Positions 8,817-18,724 of a stretch of 64,000 bases of DNA are shown in pieces. The notes below the pieces were generated by a model. It made no database searches and was not told where the DNA came from. It saw nothing but the letters and a program-made list of their open reading frames with translations. Within the stretch, counting starts at the first letter, position 1, and every line of letters starts with the position of its first letter. The stretch spans positions 704,001 to 768,000 of the forward strand of contig CAVUKB010000007.1 in NCBI GenBank assembly GCA_963741955.1. Direction: 5' to 3'. Source of the DNA: an uncultured Acidobacteriota bacterium (GTDB lineage Bacteria > Acidobacteriota > Thermoanaerobaculia > Gp7-AA8). A program made the position numbers and the translations under genes.

Positions 8817-11246
8817 ATGTTCGAGAAATACAACGAGAAGGCACGTCGCGCACTTTTCTTCGCCCGTTACGAAGCATCCAAGCTCGGCTCCAGGGTGATC
8901 GAGTCGGAGCACATCCTGCTCGGGGTTCTCCGGGAGGGAGAGGACATCATCAAAGAAGTCCTCTCGCGCTTCAATGTGAAGCCGGAGCAGATCCGGCGGG
9001 AGGTGGAGGGCGACCGTCTTTTCGTCGACCGGATCTCGTCGTCCGCCGAGCTCCCGCTCTCCGAGGAATCGAAGAAGATTCTCGCCTACGCATCCCACGA
9101 AGCGGAGTCGATGCTCCATCAGTACGTGGGTACCGAACATCTGCTGATCGGAATCCTGCGAGTGGAGTCGTGCGCAGCGGCCCGAATTCTCGCGGGGAAA
9201 GGACTGAACGTCTACAGCGTCCGGGAAGAGACGATCTCGATCCTGAAGGAACGCGAAGCGGACAAGCAGAAGAAGGAACTGCCGTTCCTCTCCGAATACG
9301 CGCGGGACCTGACCCAGATGGCGCAGCAGACGCTGTTCGATCCGCTGATCGGCCGGGAAAAGGAAGTCGACCGGATCATCCAGATCCTCTCCCGCCGTAC
9401 CAAGAACAACCCCATTCTTCTCGGCGAGCCGGGAGTCGGAAAGACGGCGATCGTCGAGGGTCTGGCGCAACGGATCGTCGACGGCAACGTTCCGCTCTTC
9501 ATCGCGAACAAGCGGATTCTCTCGCTCGATCTTTCGCTGATCGTGGCCGGGACCAAGTACCGCGGGCAGTTCGAAGAGCGGCTGAAGGGAATCATCAAGG
9601 AACTGCGCGAGAACAGCGAGATCATCATCTTCATCGACGAGATCCACTCCCTGATCGGAGCGGGATCGGCCGAGGGGTCGCTGGATGCTGCGAACATTCT
9701 GAAGCCCGCGCTCTCCCGGGGGGAGATCTCCTGCATCGGTGCGACCACGATTCGTGAGTACCGGCGCTACATCGAGAAGGACCGCTCGCTGCTCCGCCGC
9801 TTCCAGGCCATCAACGTGGCGCCGCCCAGCGAGGACGAAACGTTCCAGATCCTCGAGGGCGTGAAGGAGCGGTACGAGTCGTTCCACAAGGTGAAGTATT
9901 CGGATCAGGCCATCCGCTCCGCGGTGTACCAGTCCAACCGCTACATCACGGACCGTTTCTTCCCCGACAAGGCGATCGACATCCTGGACGAGGCAGGAGC
10001 GAAGGTGAAGCTCCGCCGCGTGGCGGACACGCAGAACCTCCGCCGGCTCGAGTCGGAGACTCGCTCCATCGTGAAGGAGATGAAGAAGGCGATCTCGGAC
10101 AAAGATTTCGAGAAGGCCGTTTTTCTCCGGGAGCGAGAGATCGAGCTGAAGGAAGAGATCGAGCGCCTCAAGCAGGAGCGCGAGACGTCCGCCGACGAGA
10201 CGATGGAAGTCACCCAGCACGACGTCGAAGAGATCATCGCGTCGTGGACCGACATCCCGGTCACCGCTCTCGAGGCGGACGAGGCGGCGAAGCTGATCAA
10301 CATGGAAGAGAGCCTGATGCGGCGGATCGTCGGTCAGGACAAGTCGATTCGGGCGATCTCGCGCGCGATCCGCCGCTCGCGTCTCGGTGTCGCTTCGCCG
10401 AACCGTCCGATGGGATCATTCATCTTCCTCGGCTCCTCCGGCGTCGGAAAGACGGAAGTCGCCCGGCGGCTGGCGGAGTTCCTCTTCGGCTCACAGCGAC
10501 ACCTGATCCGCTTCGACATGTCGGAGTACATGGAGAAGCATGCGGTGTCGAAGCTGATCGGATCGCCTCCCGGTTACGTCGGACATGAAGAGGGAGGCCA
10601 GCTCACCGAACGAGTGCGCCGGAGCCCTTACGCGGTGGTCCTTCTCGATGAGATCGAGAAGGCGCATCCGGACATCACCAATATCCTCCTCCAGATCCTG
10701 GAAGATGGAATCCTCACCGATTCGATCGGCAATCAGGTGGATTTCCGGAACACTCTGATCATCATGACCTCGAATCTCGGCACCCGGCACCTCGCCACCA
10801 AGGCGAGACTCGGGTTCCAGGAGCAGAGTACGGATGCCGAGCAGCGTCAGATCGAGCTGCTGATCCTGCAGGAGCTCAAGCGGGAGTTCTCGCCGGAGTT
10901 CATCAACCGGATCGACGAGGTGATCGTCTTCAACCCGCTCACCCGGACCGAGCTTCGCGAGATCTGCCAACTCCTGATCGACGACGTGAATCAGGCGCTC
11001 GCACCGAAGGGGATGCAGATCTCGGTCGACGAGGCGGTGGTGGACTGGCTGCTCGAGCGCGCCGCCGAGGAGAGCAATTCCGGGGCGAGGCCTCTTCGAC
11101 GTGCCATCCAGCGCTTCATCGAGGACGAGCTGTCGGAATTCATGATCCGGCAGAAGGAGAACGTTCCCGAGCACGTCGAGTTCTCCATTCAGGACGGCGT
11201 GGTCACGCTGGTGTCCCGCGATGACCTGATCCCGAATCCGCAATAA
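8817..11246 (+). CDS. clpC: ATP-dependent Clp protease ATP-binding subunit (ClpC-type)
   Basis: Clp N-domain, two AAA+ modules (GEPGVGKT, GSSGVGKT), UVR-like coiled coil, LGF ClpP-docking loop, GARPLRR. Confidence 0.93.
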   Translation: MFEKYNEKARRALFFARYEASKLGSRVIESEHILLGVLREGEDIIKEVLSRFNVKPEQIRREVEGDRLFVDRISSSAELPLSEESKKILAYASHEAESMLHQYVGTEHLLIGILRVESCAAARILAGKGLNVYSVREETISILKEREADKQKKELPFLSEYARDLTQMAQQTLFDPLIGREKEVDRIIQILSRRTKNNPILLGEPGVGKTAIVEGLAQRIVDGNVPLFIANKRILSLDLSLIVAGTKYRGQFEERLKGIIKELRENSEIIIFIDEIHSLIGAGSAEGSLDAANILKPALSRGEISCIGATTIREYRRYIEKDRSLLRRFQAINVAPPSEDETFQILEGVKERYESFHKVKYSDQAIRSAVYQSNRYITDRFFPDKAIDILDEAGAKVKLRRVADTQNLRRLESETRSIVKEMKKAISDKDFEKAVFLREREIELKEEIERLKQERETSADETMEVTQHDVEEIIASWTDIPVTALEADEAAKLINMEESLMRRIVGQDKSIRAISRAIRRSRLGVASPNRPMGSFIFLGSSGVGKTEVARRLAEFLFGSQRHLIRFDMSEYMEKHAVSKLIGSPPGYVGHEEGGQLTERVRRSPYAVVLLDEIEKAHPDITNILLQILEDGILTDSIGNQVDFRNTLIIMTSNLGTRHLATKARLGFQEQSTDAEQRQIELLILQELKREFSPEFINRIDEVIVFNPLTRTELREICQLLIDDVNQALAPKGMQISVDEAVVDWLLERAAEESNSGARPLRRAIQRFIEDELSEFMIRQKENVPEHVEFSIQDGVVTLVSRDDLIPNPQ

Positions 11247-11467
11247 TGACGGCGAAATCGCTCGTTTCGAAGGCGGTGGATCTCCACCACCTTTTCGTTT
11301 GAATGCGCGATCGCCTCGTTCGTAACCTTCATTGGTGGAATCTTTTCCGTCCGGGAGGGATTGCTCTGCTACAATTCGGCGATTTTTTGCCGGTCCTCTG
11401 GCGCACCGAAACCTCCGGCGCGTCGCATTCGTCACAGGAAAGTCATTCGGTTGGTCGACGAACACTT

Positions 11468-13855
11468 ATGAATCGATTTCTCCGCGTAGGACTCTTCGCG
11501 CTGCTGCTGATCGTCCCTCTTTCCGCCCATGCGCAAGGGTCTTCGAATCAGGACTCTCTCGCCGGTCAGCCGGTCGAGCGCTTCGAAGTCGTCGGAAACT
11601 CGTCGGTGGCTGCGGACACGATCCGTGTGTACCTCGGCGTGGTGCCTGGCGAGCCGTACAACCCAACAGCGATCCAGAAGAACTTCCTGAATCTGTGGCA
11701 GACCGGGCTTTTCGACGACATCCGGATCGAGGCAGAGAAGGGCGAGAAGGGGGTGATCGTCAAGGCGATCGTCAAGGAACGCCCCCGGATCGGCTCCGTA
11801 CTCTACAAGGGGAACAAGAACCTCACCGTCGCCAAGATCCAGGAGGCTCTGGAGAAGGAAAAGATCGATCTGCACGTCGGGAACACCATCGAGCAGACTC
11901 AGGTCCAGCGGGCGGCCGAGGCGATCAAGAAGGCGTACGCGGAGAACGGATACGAGGGAGTCACGGTCGCGCCGACCATGGAGGACACCTCCGTTCCCGC
12001 CGAAAAGAAGATCGTCTTCAACATCAACGAAGGAATCAAGGCGCGGGTCGCTGCGATCGACTTCGTCGGCAACAAGCGCTTCTCGAACCGTCGTCTGCGG
12101 AAAGCGATGAAAGAGGTCAAGAAGCACAACCTCTACACGCAGCTCCGGAAGCGGGACCTCTACATCCCGTCCAAACTCGACGAGGACCTCGAAAAGGTCA
12201 GGAATCTCTACCTCGATTACGGTTATCGCGACATCGAGATCGGTGACCCGAAGATCACCACGGTTCGCCGCGGCAAGCGACCGCGGGTGAAGATCACCAT
12301 CCCGATCTCCGAGGGTCAGGTCCACAAGTTCGACAGCATCTCCGTTTCCGGAAACACGGTCTTCACCACTGACCAGATGATCGGAGGCATTCCGCTCAAG
12401 AAAGGCGACGTGCTGAGCCGGAAGCCGATCCAGGACCGCGTCGACGCGTTCGAGGACGCGTACCGCCGCCGTGGCTACATCTACGCGTACATCAATCCGG
12501 TGTACGAGTCGGTCGGCGAACGGACGGACAAGGTCAAGCTCGAGGTCTACGAAGGCGATCAGTTCCGCCTCGGGCAGCTGGAGTTCGAAGGAAATACCGT
12601 CACCAAGGACAAGGTGCTCCGTCGCGAAGTCCTGTTCAACGAGGGTGACGTGATGGACATGGAGGCATTCAAGGCTTCCATGTACAAGCTCGGTCAGCTC
12701 GGGTACTTCAAGATCACCGACAACCCCGATTTCAAGGTGAACCCCGACTCGAAGACGGTCGATGTCACGGTGAAGGGAGAGGAACAAGGGAAGAACGACA
12801 TCCAGTTCGGCGGCGGATACTCCGAAGCCTACGGGTTCTTCGCCCAGTTCCAGTTCGCGACGCGGAACTTCCTCGGTGAGGGTGAGAGCCTCGGTGCGAG
12901 CTTCCAGCGCGGCGCACGGCAGAACTTCTTCAGCCTTTCGTACTCCGATCCGTGGTTCCTCGACAAACCGAACAGCTTCGCGGTGTCGATCTTCAACCGC
13001 GACACCACACTTCCCCCCGCGTTCGGCTACAACAGCAGCAGCAAGGGTGGCAGCATCGGGTACGGCTTCCGGGTGGGCCGATTCGAGAACATCTCCTTCC
13101 TCTACGGTCTCGAAGACCGGAAGGATCACTACGAGTTCTCCCCGGTTCCCGATTCCGAGGGAACGATTCCTCTCCCCGAGGTGCAGGATCTCGCGTACCG
13201 GAGCTCGACCTTCGCGCCCTCCTATCGCTACGACTCGCGCGACAATCCCTTCGACACCATGCGTGGAGCGAAGTTCTCCCTCTCGGTCGGATTCAGCGGG
13301 GGTCCGCTGGGCGGAACGATCGATCTGACCAAACCGGTGCTGAACTACTCGATCTTCCACCCACTGTCGAGAAAGAGCACGGTCAGCTTCAACGCCGAAG
13401 CCGGAAAGATCTTTTCGCGTGGCAAGGACTGCGCGGAGCTCTTTTCGCAGTTGACCAAGACTCTGAACCAGCTTTGCGTCCCGCAATCGGAGCGCTTCTA
13501 CGTAGGTGGCGAGCAATCGGTCCGCGGGTTCCGGTGGGGAACGATCGGCGGGAAAGAGACGGTGAACGGCCGCGAGGTTCCGGTCGGAGGCGAGTCGTAC
13601 ACGGTCTTCAATTCGGAATACATCTACAAGATCAACGATCCGTTGAGATTCGTCCTCTTCGCCGATGGGGGTGCGGCATACGCTCACGGCCAGCAGATCG
13701 ACTTCGGACAGCTCCGGTACTCGGCGGGAGCCGAGCTGCGGATCTTCCTCCCGGTGTTCCAGTTTCCGCTCCGGTTCATTTACTCGTTCAATCCCGACTC
13801 CCATCCTGGCGATCAGTTCGAAACGTTCCAGTTCTCGGTCGGGAATACGTTCTGA
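11468..13855 (+). CDS. bamA: Outer membrane protein assembly factor BamA
   Basis: Signal peptide, POTRA repeats, FYVGGEQSVRGF motif, C-terminal FQFSVGNTF; followed by skp and lpxD. Confidence 0.95.
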   Translation: MNRFLRVGLFALLLIVPLSAHAQGSSNQDSLAGQPVERFEVVGNSSVAADTIRVYLGVVPGEPYNPTAIQKNFLNLWQTGLFDDIRIEAEKGEKGVIVKAIVKERPRIGSVLYKGNKNLTVAKIQEALEKEKIDLHVGNTIEQTQVQRAAEAIKKAYAENGYEGVTVAPTMEDTSVPAEKKIVFNINEGIKARVAAIDFVGNKRFSNRRLRKAMKEVKKHNLYTQLRKRDLYIPSKLDEDLEKVRNLYLDYGYRDIEIGDPKITTVRRGKRPRVKITIPISEGQVHKFDSISVSGNTVFTTDQMIGGIPLKKGDVLSRKPIQDRVDAFEDAYRRRGYIYAYINPVYESVGERTDKVKLEVYEGDQFRLGQLEFEGNTVTKDKVLRREVLFNEGDVMDMEAFKASMYKLGQLGYFKITDNPDFKVNPDSKTVDVTVKGEEQGKNDIQFGGGYSEAYGFFAQFQFATRNFLGEGESLGASFQRGARQNFFSLSYSDPWFLDKPNSFAVSIFNRDTTLPPAFGYNSSSKGGSIGYGFRVGRFENISFLYGLEDRKDHYEFSPVPDSEGTIPLPEVQDLAYRSSTFAPSYRYDSRDNPFDTMRGAKFSLSVGFSGGPLGGTIDLTKPVLNYSIFHPLSRKSTVSFNAEAGKIFSRGKDCAELFSQLTKTLNQLCVPQSERFYVGGEQSVRGFRWGTIGGKETVNGREVPVGGESYTVFNSEYIYKINDPLRFVLFADGGAAYAHGQQIDFGQLRYSAGAELRIFLPVFQFPLRFIYSFNPDSHPGDQFETFQFSVGNTF

Positions 13856-13944
13856 CACAGCGTCCATTCAACCGTTCGTAAGAATGACCAACAACAGAAA
13901 GAACCCGCGGAACGATCCGGCGGGAGAGTGACAAAGGAGATTCG

Positions 13945-14490
13945 ATGAAGAAGGCGTTGGTTGGATTGATGCTTTCCGTGTTCGCCGTTCCGATGTTTGC
14001 CCAGACGGCGCCTGCACGGCTGGCGGTGATCAATGTTCCGAAGGTGCTTGCCGAGTCGACCGCGGGCAAAGCCGCTTTCGAGAAGCTCAAGACGATGCAG
14101 GACGAGCACGCGGCGAAGCTCAAGAAAATGGACGACGAGCTCAAGACGCTCGACGCTCAGATCAACGAGAAGAAGATGTCGCTCAGCGCGGACAAGCTCG
14201 CCGATCTGAGCAAGGACTTCGATGCGAAGAAGATCGCCGAGCAGCGGTACGCGCAGGACGCCCAACGCGATCTCGAGCAGGCACGCGACGCCGCGCTTCA
14301 GGAGATCGAAAAGCAGCTTCGTCCGGTGATCGACCAGATCGGCAAAGAGATGGGATTCGCGGCGATCTTCAACAAGTTCGAGTCGGGGATCATCTACGCT
14401 TCGGACGCGATCGACATCACCGACACCGTGATCAAGCGGTTCGACGAGTCGACGGCCGCCAAGGGCGGCGCCGCGGCCCCCAAGAAGTAA
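13945..14490 (+). CDS. skp: OmpH/Skp periplasmic chaperone
   Basis: Signal peptide, LAVINVPKVL, long coiled coil, IDITDTVIKRFD; synteny with bamA. Confidence 0.92.
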   Translation: MKKALVGLMLSVFAVPMFAQTAPARLAVINVPKVLAESTAGKAAFEKLKTMQDEHAAKLKKMDDELKTLDAQINEKKMSLSADKLADLSKDFDAKKIAEQRYAQDAQRDLEQARDAALQEIEKQLRPVIDQIGKEMGFAAIFNKFESGIIYASDAIDITDTVIKRFDESTAAKGGAAAPKK

Positions 14491-14514
14491 TCAGCGACAG
14501 TCGCGACTGATTCA

Positions 14515-14552
14515 AGAGCCTCCGCGGATGACGCGGAGGCTCTTTGTCTTTC
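14515..14552 (+). terminator. Intrinsic terminator after skp
   Basis: AGAGCCTCCGCG-gatga-CGCGGAGGCTCT hairpin followed by TTGTCTTTC. Confidence 0.75.
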
Positions 14553-14557
14553 TGTTC

Positions 14558-15213
14558 CGCCGAGGGCGCCGAGGGCGCCGAGGGGCGGACCCCGCTCTGA
14601 GGAGTGCGAATCCCGCCGAGGAGTGCGAATCCCGCCGAGGGGTGCGAATCCCGCCGAGGGGTGCGGATCATCCGATCCGCCGCGCGAATCGTGTTATCCG
14701 CGATGAAGACGGAGGCTTTGGGCTTTCGCGGAGCGTCGGCCTTGCGAAGAGCTTCGCTTCTGCCGCGGAGGGGTGCGGATCATCCGATCCGCCGCGAGGA
14801 TCGTGTTGTACGCGATGAAGACGGAGGCTTTGGGCTTTCGCGGAGCGTCGGCCGTTTTTGCGAGGAGCTTCACTTCTGCCGCGGATTGGCTTGATGCTGC
14901 TGTCGCGCACGCGCCGAAATCCGCGGGGCGGATTGCGAATCCGCACTCCACGAAACGCGAAAGCGGAGCTCCGCGAGGGGGGCGGACCCCGCTCTGGACG
15001 GTGCGAATCCCGCCGAGGGGTGCGGATCCCGCCGAGGGGTGCGGATCATCCGATCCGCCGCGAGGATCGTGTTGTACGCGATGAAGACGGAGGCTTTGGG
15101 CTTTCGCGGAGCGTCGGCCTTGCGAAGAGCTTCGCTTCTGCCGCGGATTGGCTTGATGCTGCTGTCGCGCACGTGCCGCGATTCGCGCGGCGGGGCGGAT
15201 TAGAAATCCGCAC
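14558..15213. repeat. REP/BIME-like mosaic repeat
   Basis: 19-bp unit GAGGRGTGCGAATCCCGCC x3; ~112-bp unit x3 (starting about 14657, 14769, 15035); palindromes GGAGTGCGGATTCGCAATCCGCC (minus, 14927-14949) and a variant at about 15195-15214. Confidence 0.85.
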
Positions 15214-15217
15214 TTAG

Positions 15218-15395
15218 CCCGCATATCTCACACCATCTCTGCTGCGGAGACGGATAGCGGCCTGTCTGCTGCGTTGCACCCCGCTTCGGCTCCTCAACAT
15301 AGTCACCACTATGCCTTCGTCGCCGAAGCGGGGTGCGCCTTGCATCCAGGGCTGCTCTCCGCCTTCTCGCGACGAGATGATGTGAGAAATGCGGG
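15218..15395. mobile_element. 178-bp MITE with 22-bp terminal inverted repeats and TTAG target duplication
   Basis: TTAG|CCCGCATATCTCACACCATCTC...GAGATGATGTGAGAAATGCGGG|TTAG; TIRs match at 20 of 22 positions; no transposase. Confidence 0.85.
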
Positions 15396-15470
15396 TTAGC
15401 CGCTCGAGCCGCCGCCGCGGTATCACCCAGGAGAGCGCATCGGTAGCCGGACTGCTACAATGCGCGGCCG

Positions 15471-16514
15471 ATGGCAGAGGTGCGGATCGGTGACATCGTC
15501 GAGCTCCTCGGCGCCTCGTACGAAGGCGACCGGGAGAAGCTCATTCGCGGAGTTCGCCCCATTTCGGAGGCGGGCCCGGACGAGCTGACGTTCCTCTCGA
15601 ATCCGAAGTACGCGGGTGAGCTCGAGACGTCGAATGCCGCCGCGGTGCTGGTCGACACGAAGCTCCCGGGAACGTCGGACCGCTGGATCCGCGTCCCCGA
15701 TCCTTACTATGCGCTGGCCCTGGTGCTTCAGCGTTGGTTCGCCGGGATTCCGCGACCTTCCGGCATCTCCGCAAACTCGTTCATCGCCGCGTCGGCGAGA
15801 GTGGGCGAAGACGTTCGGATCGGCGACCGGGTGACCGTCGGCGAGAACGTGGTCATTGGTAACGGTGTCACCATCTTCGACGGAACGTTCGTCGGAGCCG
15901 GTACGACGATCGGCGAGGGTACCCTGATCCACCCGAACGTCACGATCTATCACCGGACCCGGATCGGACGGCGGTGCGTGATCCAGGGGGGAGCGGTCAT
16001 CGGTTCGGACGGGTTCGGATTCGCCACGGCCGAGGGGCGCCATCACAAGATTCCGCAGATCGGGATCGTGAGGATCGAAGACGACGTGGAGATCGGCGCG
16101 AACACCACCATCGATCGCGCCGCACTGGGTGAGACGGTGATCGGCGAGGGGACCAAGATCGACAACCTCGTACAGATCGCGCACAACGTGAAGATCGGCC
16201 GGCACTGCTTCATCGTTTCTCAGGTGGGGATTGCGGGATCGACCGAGATCGGAGACTATTCCGTCTTCGCCGGCCAGTCGGGCGCGGCCGGACACCTCGA
16301 GATCGGTTCCCGGGTGCAGGTGGCGGCCCAGGCTGCGGTGATGAAGGGCTTCGACGGCCCGCTCACCATTGCCGGAAGTCCGGCCCGTCCTTTGCGGGAG
16401 CATCTCCGGAGCGAGGCGTTGATACGACGCCTTCCCGAGATCCGCAGGCGCCTCGAGCGGATCGAGAAGAGACTCGGGATCACCAGAGCCGACGAGGACG
16501 GCGAAGAAAGGTAG
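15471..16514 (+). CDS. lpxD: UDP-3-O-(3-hydroxyacyl)glucosamine N-acyltransferase
   Basis: LTFLSNPKY, hexapeptide repeats, [29 protein letters not shown]. Confidence 0.97.
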   Translation: MAEVRIGDIVELLGASYEGDREKLIRGVRPISEAGPDELTFLSNPKYAGELETSNAAAVLVDTKLPGTSDRWIRVPDPYYALALVLQRWFAGIPRPSGISANSFIAASARVGEDVRIGDRVTVGENVVIGNGVTIFDGTFVGAGTTIGEGTLIHPNVTIYHRTRIGRRCVIQGGAVIGSDGFGFATAEGRHHKIPQIGIVRIEDDVEIGANTTIDRAALGETVIGEGTKIDNLVQIAHNVKIGRHCFIVSQVGIAGSTEIGDYSVFAGQSGAAGHLEIGSRVQVAAQAAVMKGFDGPLTIAGSPARPLREHLRSEALIRRLPEIRRRLERIEKRLGITRADEDGEER

Positions 16515-16517
16515 TCG

Positions 16518-16955
16518 ATGCTCAATATCAACGAGATCATGCGGATCCTTCCGCACCGTTATCCACTTCTCCTGATCGACAGGATTCTGGAGATCGACGG
16601 AGACGATCGGATCGTCGGGCTGAAGAACGTCACGGCGAACGAACAATTCTTCCAGGGGCACTTTCCGGGAAACCCGGTGATGCCGGGAGTGCTGATCGTC
16701 GAGGCGATGGCGCAATGCGGAGCGGTTCTGTTCACCCGCGACGTTCCGGACCGGGAGAAGAAGCTCTTCTTCTTCGGTGGCATCGACAAGGCGCGATTCC
16801 GGCGCCCGGTGATTCCGGGGGACCAGGTGGTGATCGAAGTGACGGTCATGCAGCGCCGTGCTAGCTCAGCGCGATTCAAGGGAGTGGCGAAGGTGGAAGG
16901 ACAGGTCGTGGCGGAAGCGGAGCTGATGACGGTGATGGTGGAGAGGCCCGAGTAG
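16518..16955 (+). CDS. fabZ: 3-hydroxyacyl-ACP dehydratase
   Basis: LPHRYPLLLIDR, FQGHFPGNPVMPGVLIVEAMAQ. Confidence 0.98.
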   Translation: MLNINEIMRILPHRYPLLLIDRILEIDGDDRIVGLKNVTANEQFFQGHFPGNPVMPGVLIVEAMAQCGAVLFTRDVPDREKKLFFFGGIDKARFRRPVIPGDQVVIEVTVMQRRASSARFKGVAKVEGQVVAEAELMTVMVERPE

Positions 16956-16957
16956 AG

Positions 16958-17740
16958 ATGGCGACGCGAGTTCATCCCACTGCAATCATCGACGGGAACG
17001 CGGTTCTCGGCGAGGACGTCGAGGTTGGTCCGTGGTGCATCATCGGCGACGGCGTGGTCGTCGGAGCAGGCAGCCGAATCGGTCCCCACACCCGCATCGA
17101 AGGGCCGACCAAGTTCGGTGAGCGGAATCGGATCTTCGGACAGAGCTCGTTCGGCACCGAGCCGCAGGACCTGAAGTTCGGAGGAGAACGGACCGAGCTC
17201 GTGATCGGGAACGACAACACTTTCCGGGAGTTCGTGACCATAAACCGCGGAACCGTGGGTGGAGGAGGAATCACCACCATCGGCTCGAACAACTTCTTCA
17301 TGGTCAGTGCGCACGTCGCGCACGACTGCCACGTCGGTTCATCGACGATCTTCGCCAACGCGGCGACCCTCGCCGGTCACGTGACCGTCGGAGACTTCGC
17401 CACGATCGGCGCGTTCGCTGCGGTCCATCAGTTCTGCCGGGTCGGAGACCACGCGTTCATGGGAGGGTTCACCGTCGCGACGCAGGACGTCCTGCCGTAC
17501 GCGAAGACGGTGGGAAACCGCCCTGCGAAGACGTACGGCATCAACACCATCGGCCTGCGGCGAAAGGATTTTCAGCCGGAGACCATTACCGCCCTCGAGC
17601 GAGCCTACCGGATCCTCGTCCGATCGAAGATGAAGCTCGAACAGGCACTGGAAAAAATCGAGGCCGATCTCGCCCTCTACCCGGAGGTGCGTTACCTGGT
17701 CGATTTCGTACGGGCCTCGGAGCGCGGATTCATCCGCTGA
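16958..17740 (+). CDS. lpxA: Acyl-ACP--UDP-N-acetylglucosamine O-acyltransferase
   Basis: PQDLKF, REFVTINRGT, HVAHDC, LAGHV, VHQFCRVG. Confidence 0.97.
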   Translation: MATRVHPTAIIDGNAVLGEDVEVGPWCIIGDGVVVGAGSRIGPHTRIEGPTKFGERNRIFGQSSFGTEPQDLKFGGERTELVIGNDNTFREFVTINRGTVGGGGITTIGSNNFFMVSAHVAHDCHVGSSTIFANAATLAGHVTVGDFATIGAFAAVHQFCRVGDHAFMGGFTVATQDVLPYAKTVGNRPAKTYGINTIGLRRKDFQPETITALERAYRILVRSKMKLEQALEKIEADLALYPEVRYLVDFVRASERGFIR

Positions 17741-17752
17741 TCGGAACGGGAG

Positions 17753-18724
17753 ATGGACGAGCCTAAGAAGATTCGCATCGGAATCGTCGGTACCGGTTAC
17801 CTCGGGCGGCTTCATGCGCGTGTGCTGACGGAGATGCCGGAAGTGGATGTCGCCGGCTTCGTCGAGCCGGACGACGGCACTGCGGCCGAGGTGGAGAAGA
17901 GTCTCGGGTTGAAGCGGGTCGGATCGGCGTCGGAGCTCGCGGACCTCGCGGAATGCGCGGTGATCGCCACACCGACCACTCATCACGCGGAGGTGGCGAC
18001 GCTGATGATGCGTGCCGGCTGCGACGTGATGATCGAAAAGCCGATTGCGACCACAGTGGAAGAAGCGCAGGGGCTGATCGAGCTCGCCGCGACCGAGAAG
18101 CGCATCGTGCAGGTCGGTCACGTCGAGCGCTACAACCCCGCAATCGTCGCACTCGCCGAAGTCCTCGAGCCTCCGCGCTACATCGAGGCGGACCGGCTGG
18201 GGGTCTTCTCGGCTCGCTCGCTCGACATCGACGTTCTGCTCGACCTGATGATCCACGACCTGAACCTCGTGCTCTCGCTGGGGGGATCGGATGTCGAGGA
18301 GATCCGCGCAGTAGGCGTGCCGGTGCTGACGGACAAGGTGGACATGGCGAACGTCCGCCTGCAGCTCGCGAACGGCGCAGTGGCCAATCTCACCGCGAGC
18401 CGGGTCTCGAGCGAGCGGGTGAGAAAGCTCCGCATCTTCAGCCGCGACTCTTACGCGTCGGTCGACACACGGGAGCAGGAGGTCAAGCTCTTCCGGCTTC
18501 GTTCGGGTGGCGCGTCGAGGGAGATCGAGCCGGTGGAACTGGCGGTCGAACGGAAGGAGCCGCTCCGCGCCGAGCTCGAATCGTTCGTCCACTGCGTCCG
18601 TACGCGGCGGGAGCCGCTGGTCACGGGAGCGGACGGACTGAAGGCTCTCGACCTGGCAGTCCGCGTCCGCGCGGCCATCGAGGAATCGCTCCGGGCGTTC
18701 GACCGGGCGGGAACGACGAGGTGA
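17753..18724 (+). CDS. Gfo/Idh/MocA oxidoreductase, probable GnnA (UDP-GlcNAc 3-dehydrogenase)
   Basis: GTGYLG Rossmann motif, EKP, GHVERYNPA, DLMIHD; lies directly after lpxA, as gnnA does in GlcN3N lipid A producers. Confidence 0.85.
   Translation: MDEPKKIRIGIVGTGYLGRLHARVLTEMPEVDVAGFVEPDDGTAAEVEKSLGLKRVGSASELADLAECAVIATPTTHHAEVATLMMRAGCDVMIEKPIATTVEEAQGLIELAATEKRIVQVGHVERYNPAIVALAEVLEPPRYIEADRLGVFSARSLDIDVLLDLMIHDLNLVLSLGGSDVEEIRAVGVPVLTDKVDMANVRLQLANGAVANLTASRVSSERVRKLRIFSRDSYASVDTREQEVKLFRLRSGGASREIEPVELAVERKEPLRAELESFVHCVRTRREPLVTGADGLKALDLAVRVRAAIEESLRAFDRAGTTR

Noticed and set aside
14558-15213. Possible CRISPR array
   Set aside because: Intervening segments are near-identical duplicates rather than unique spacers, unit lengths are irregular and no cas genes are present.
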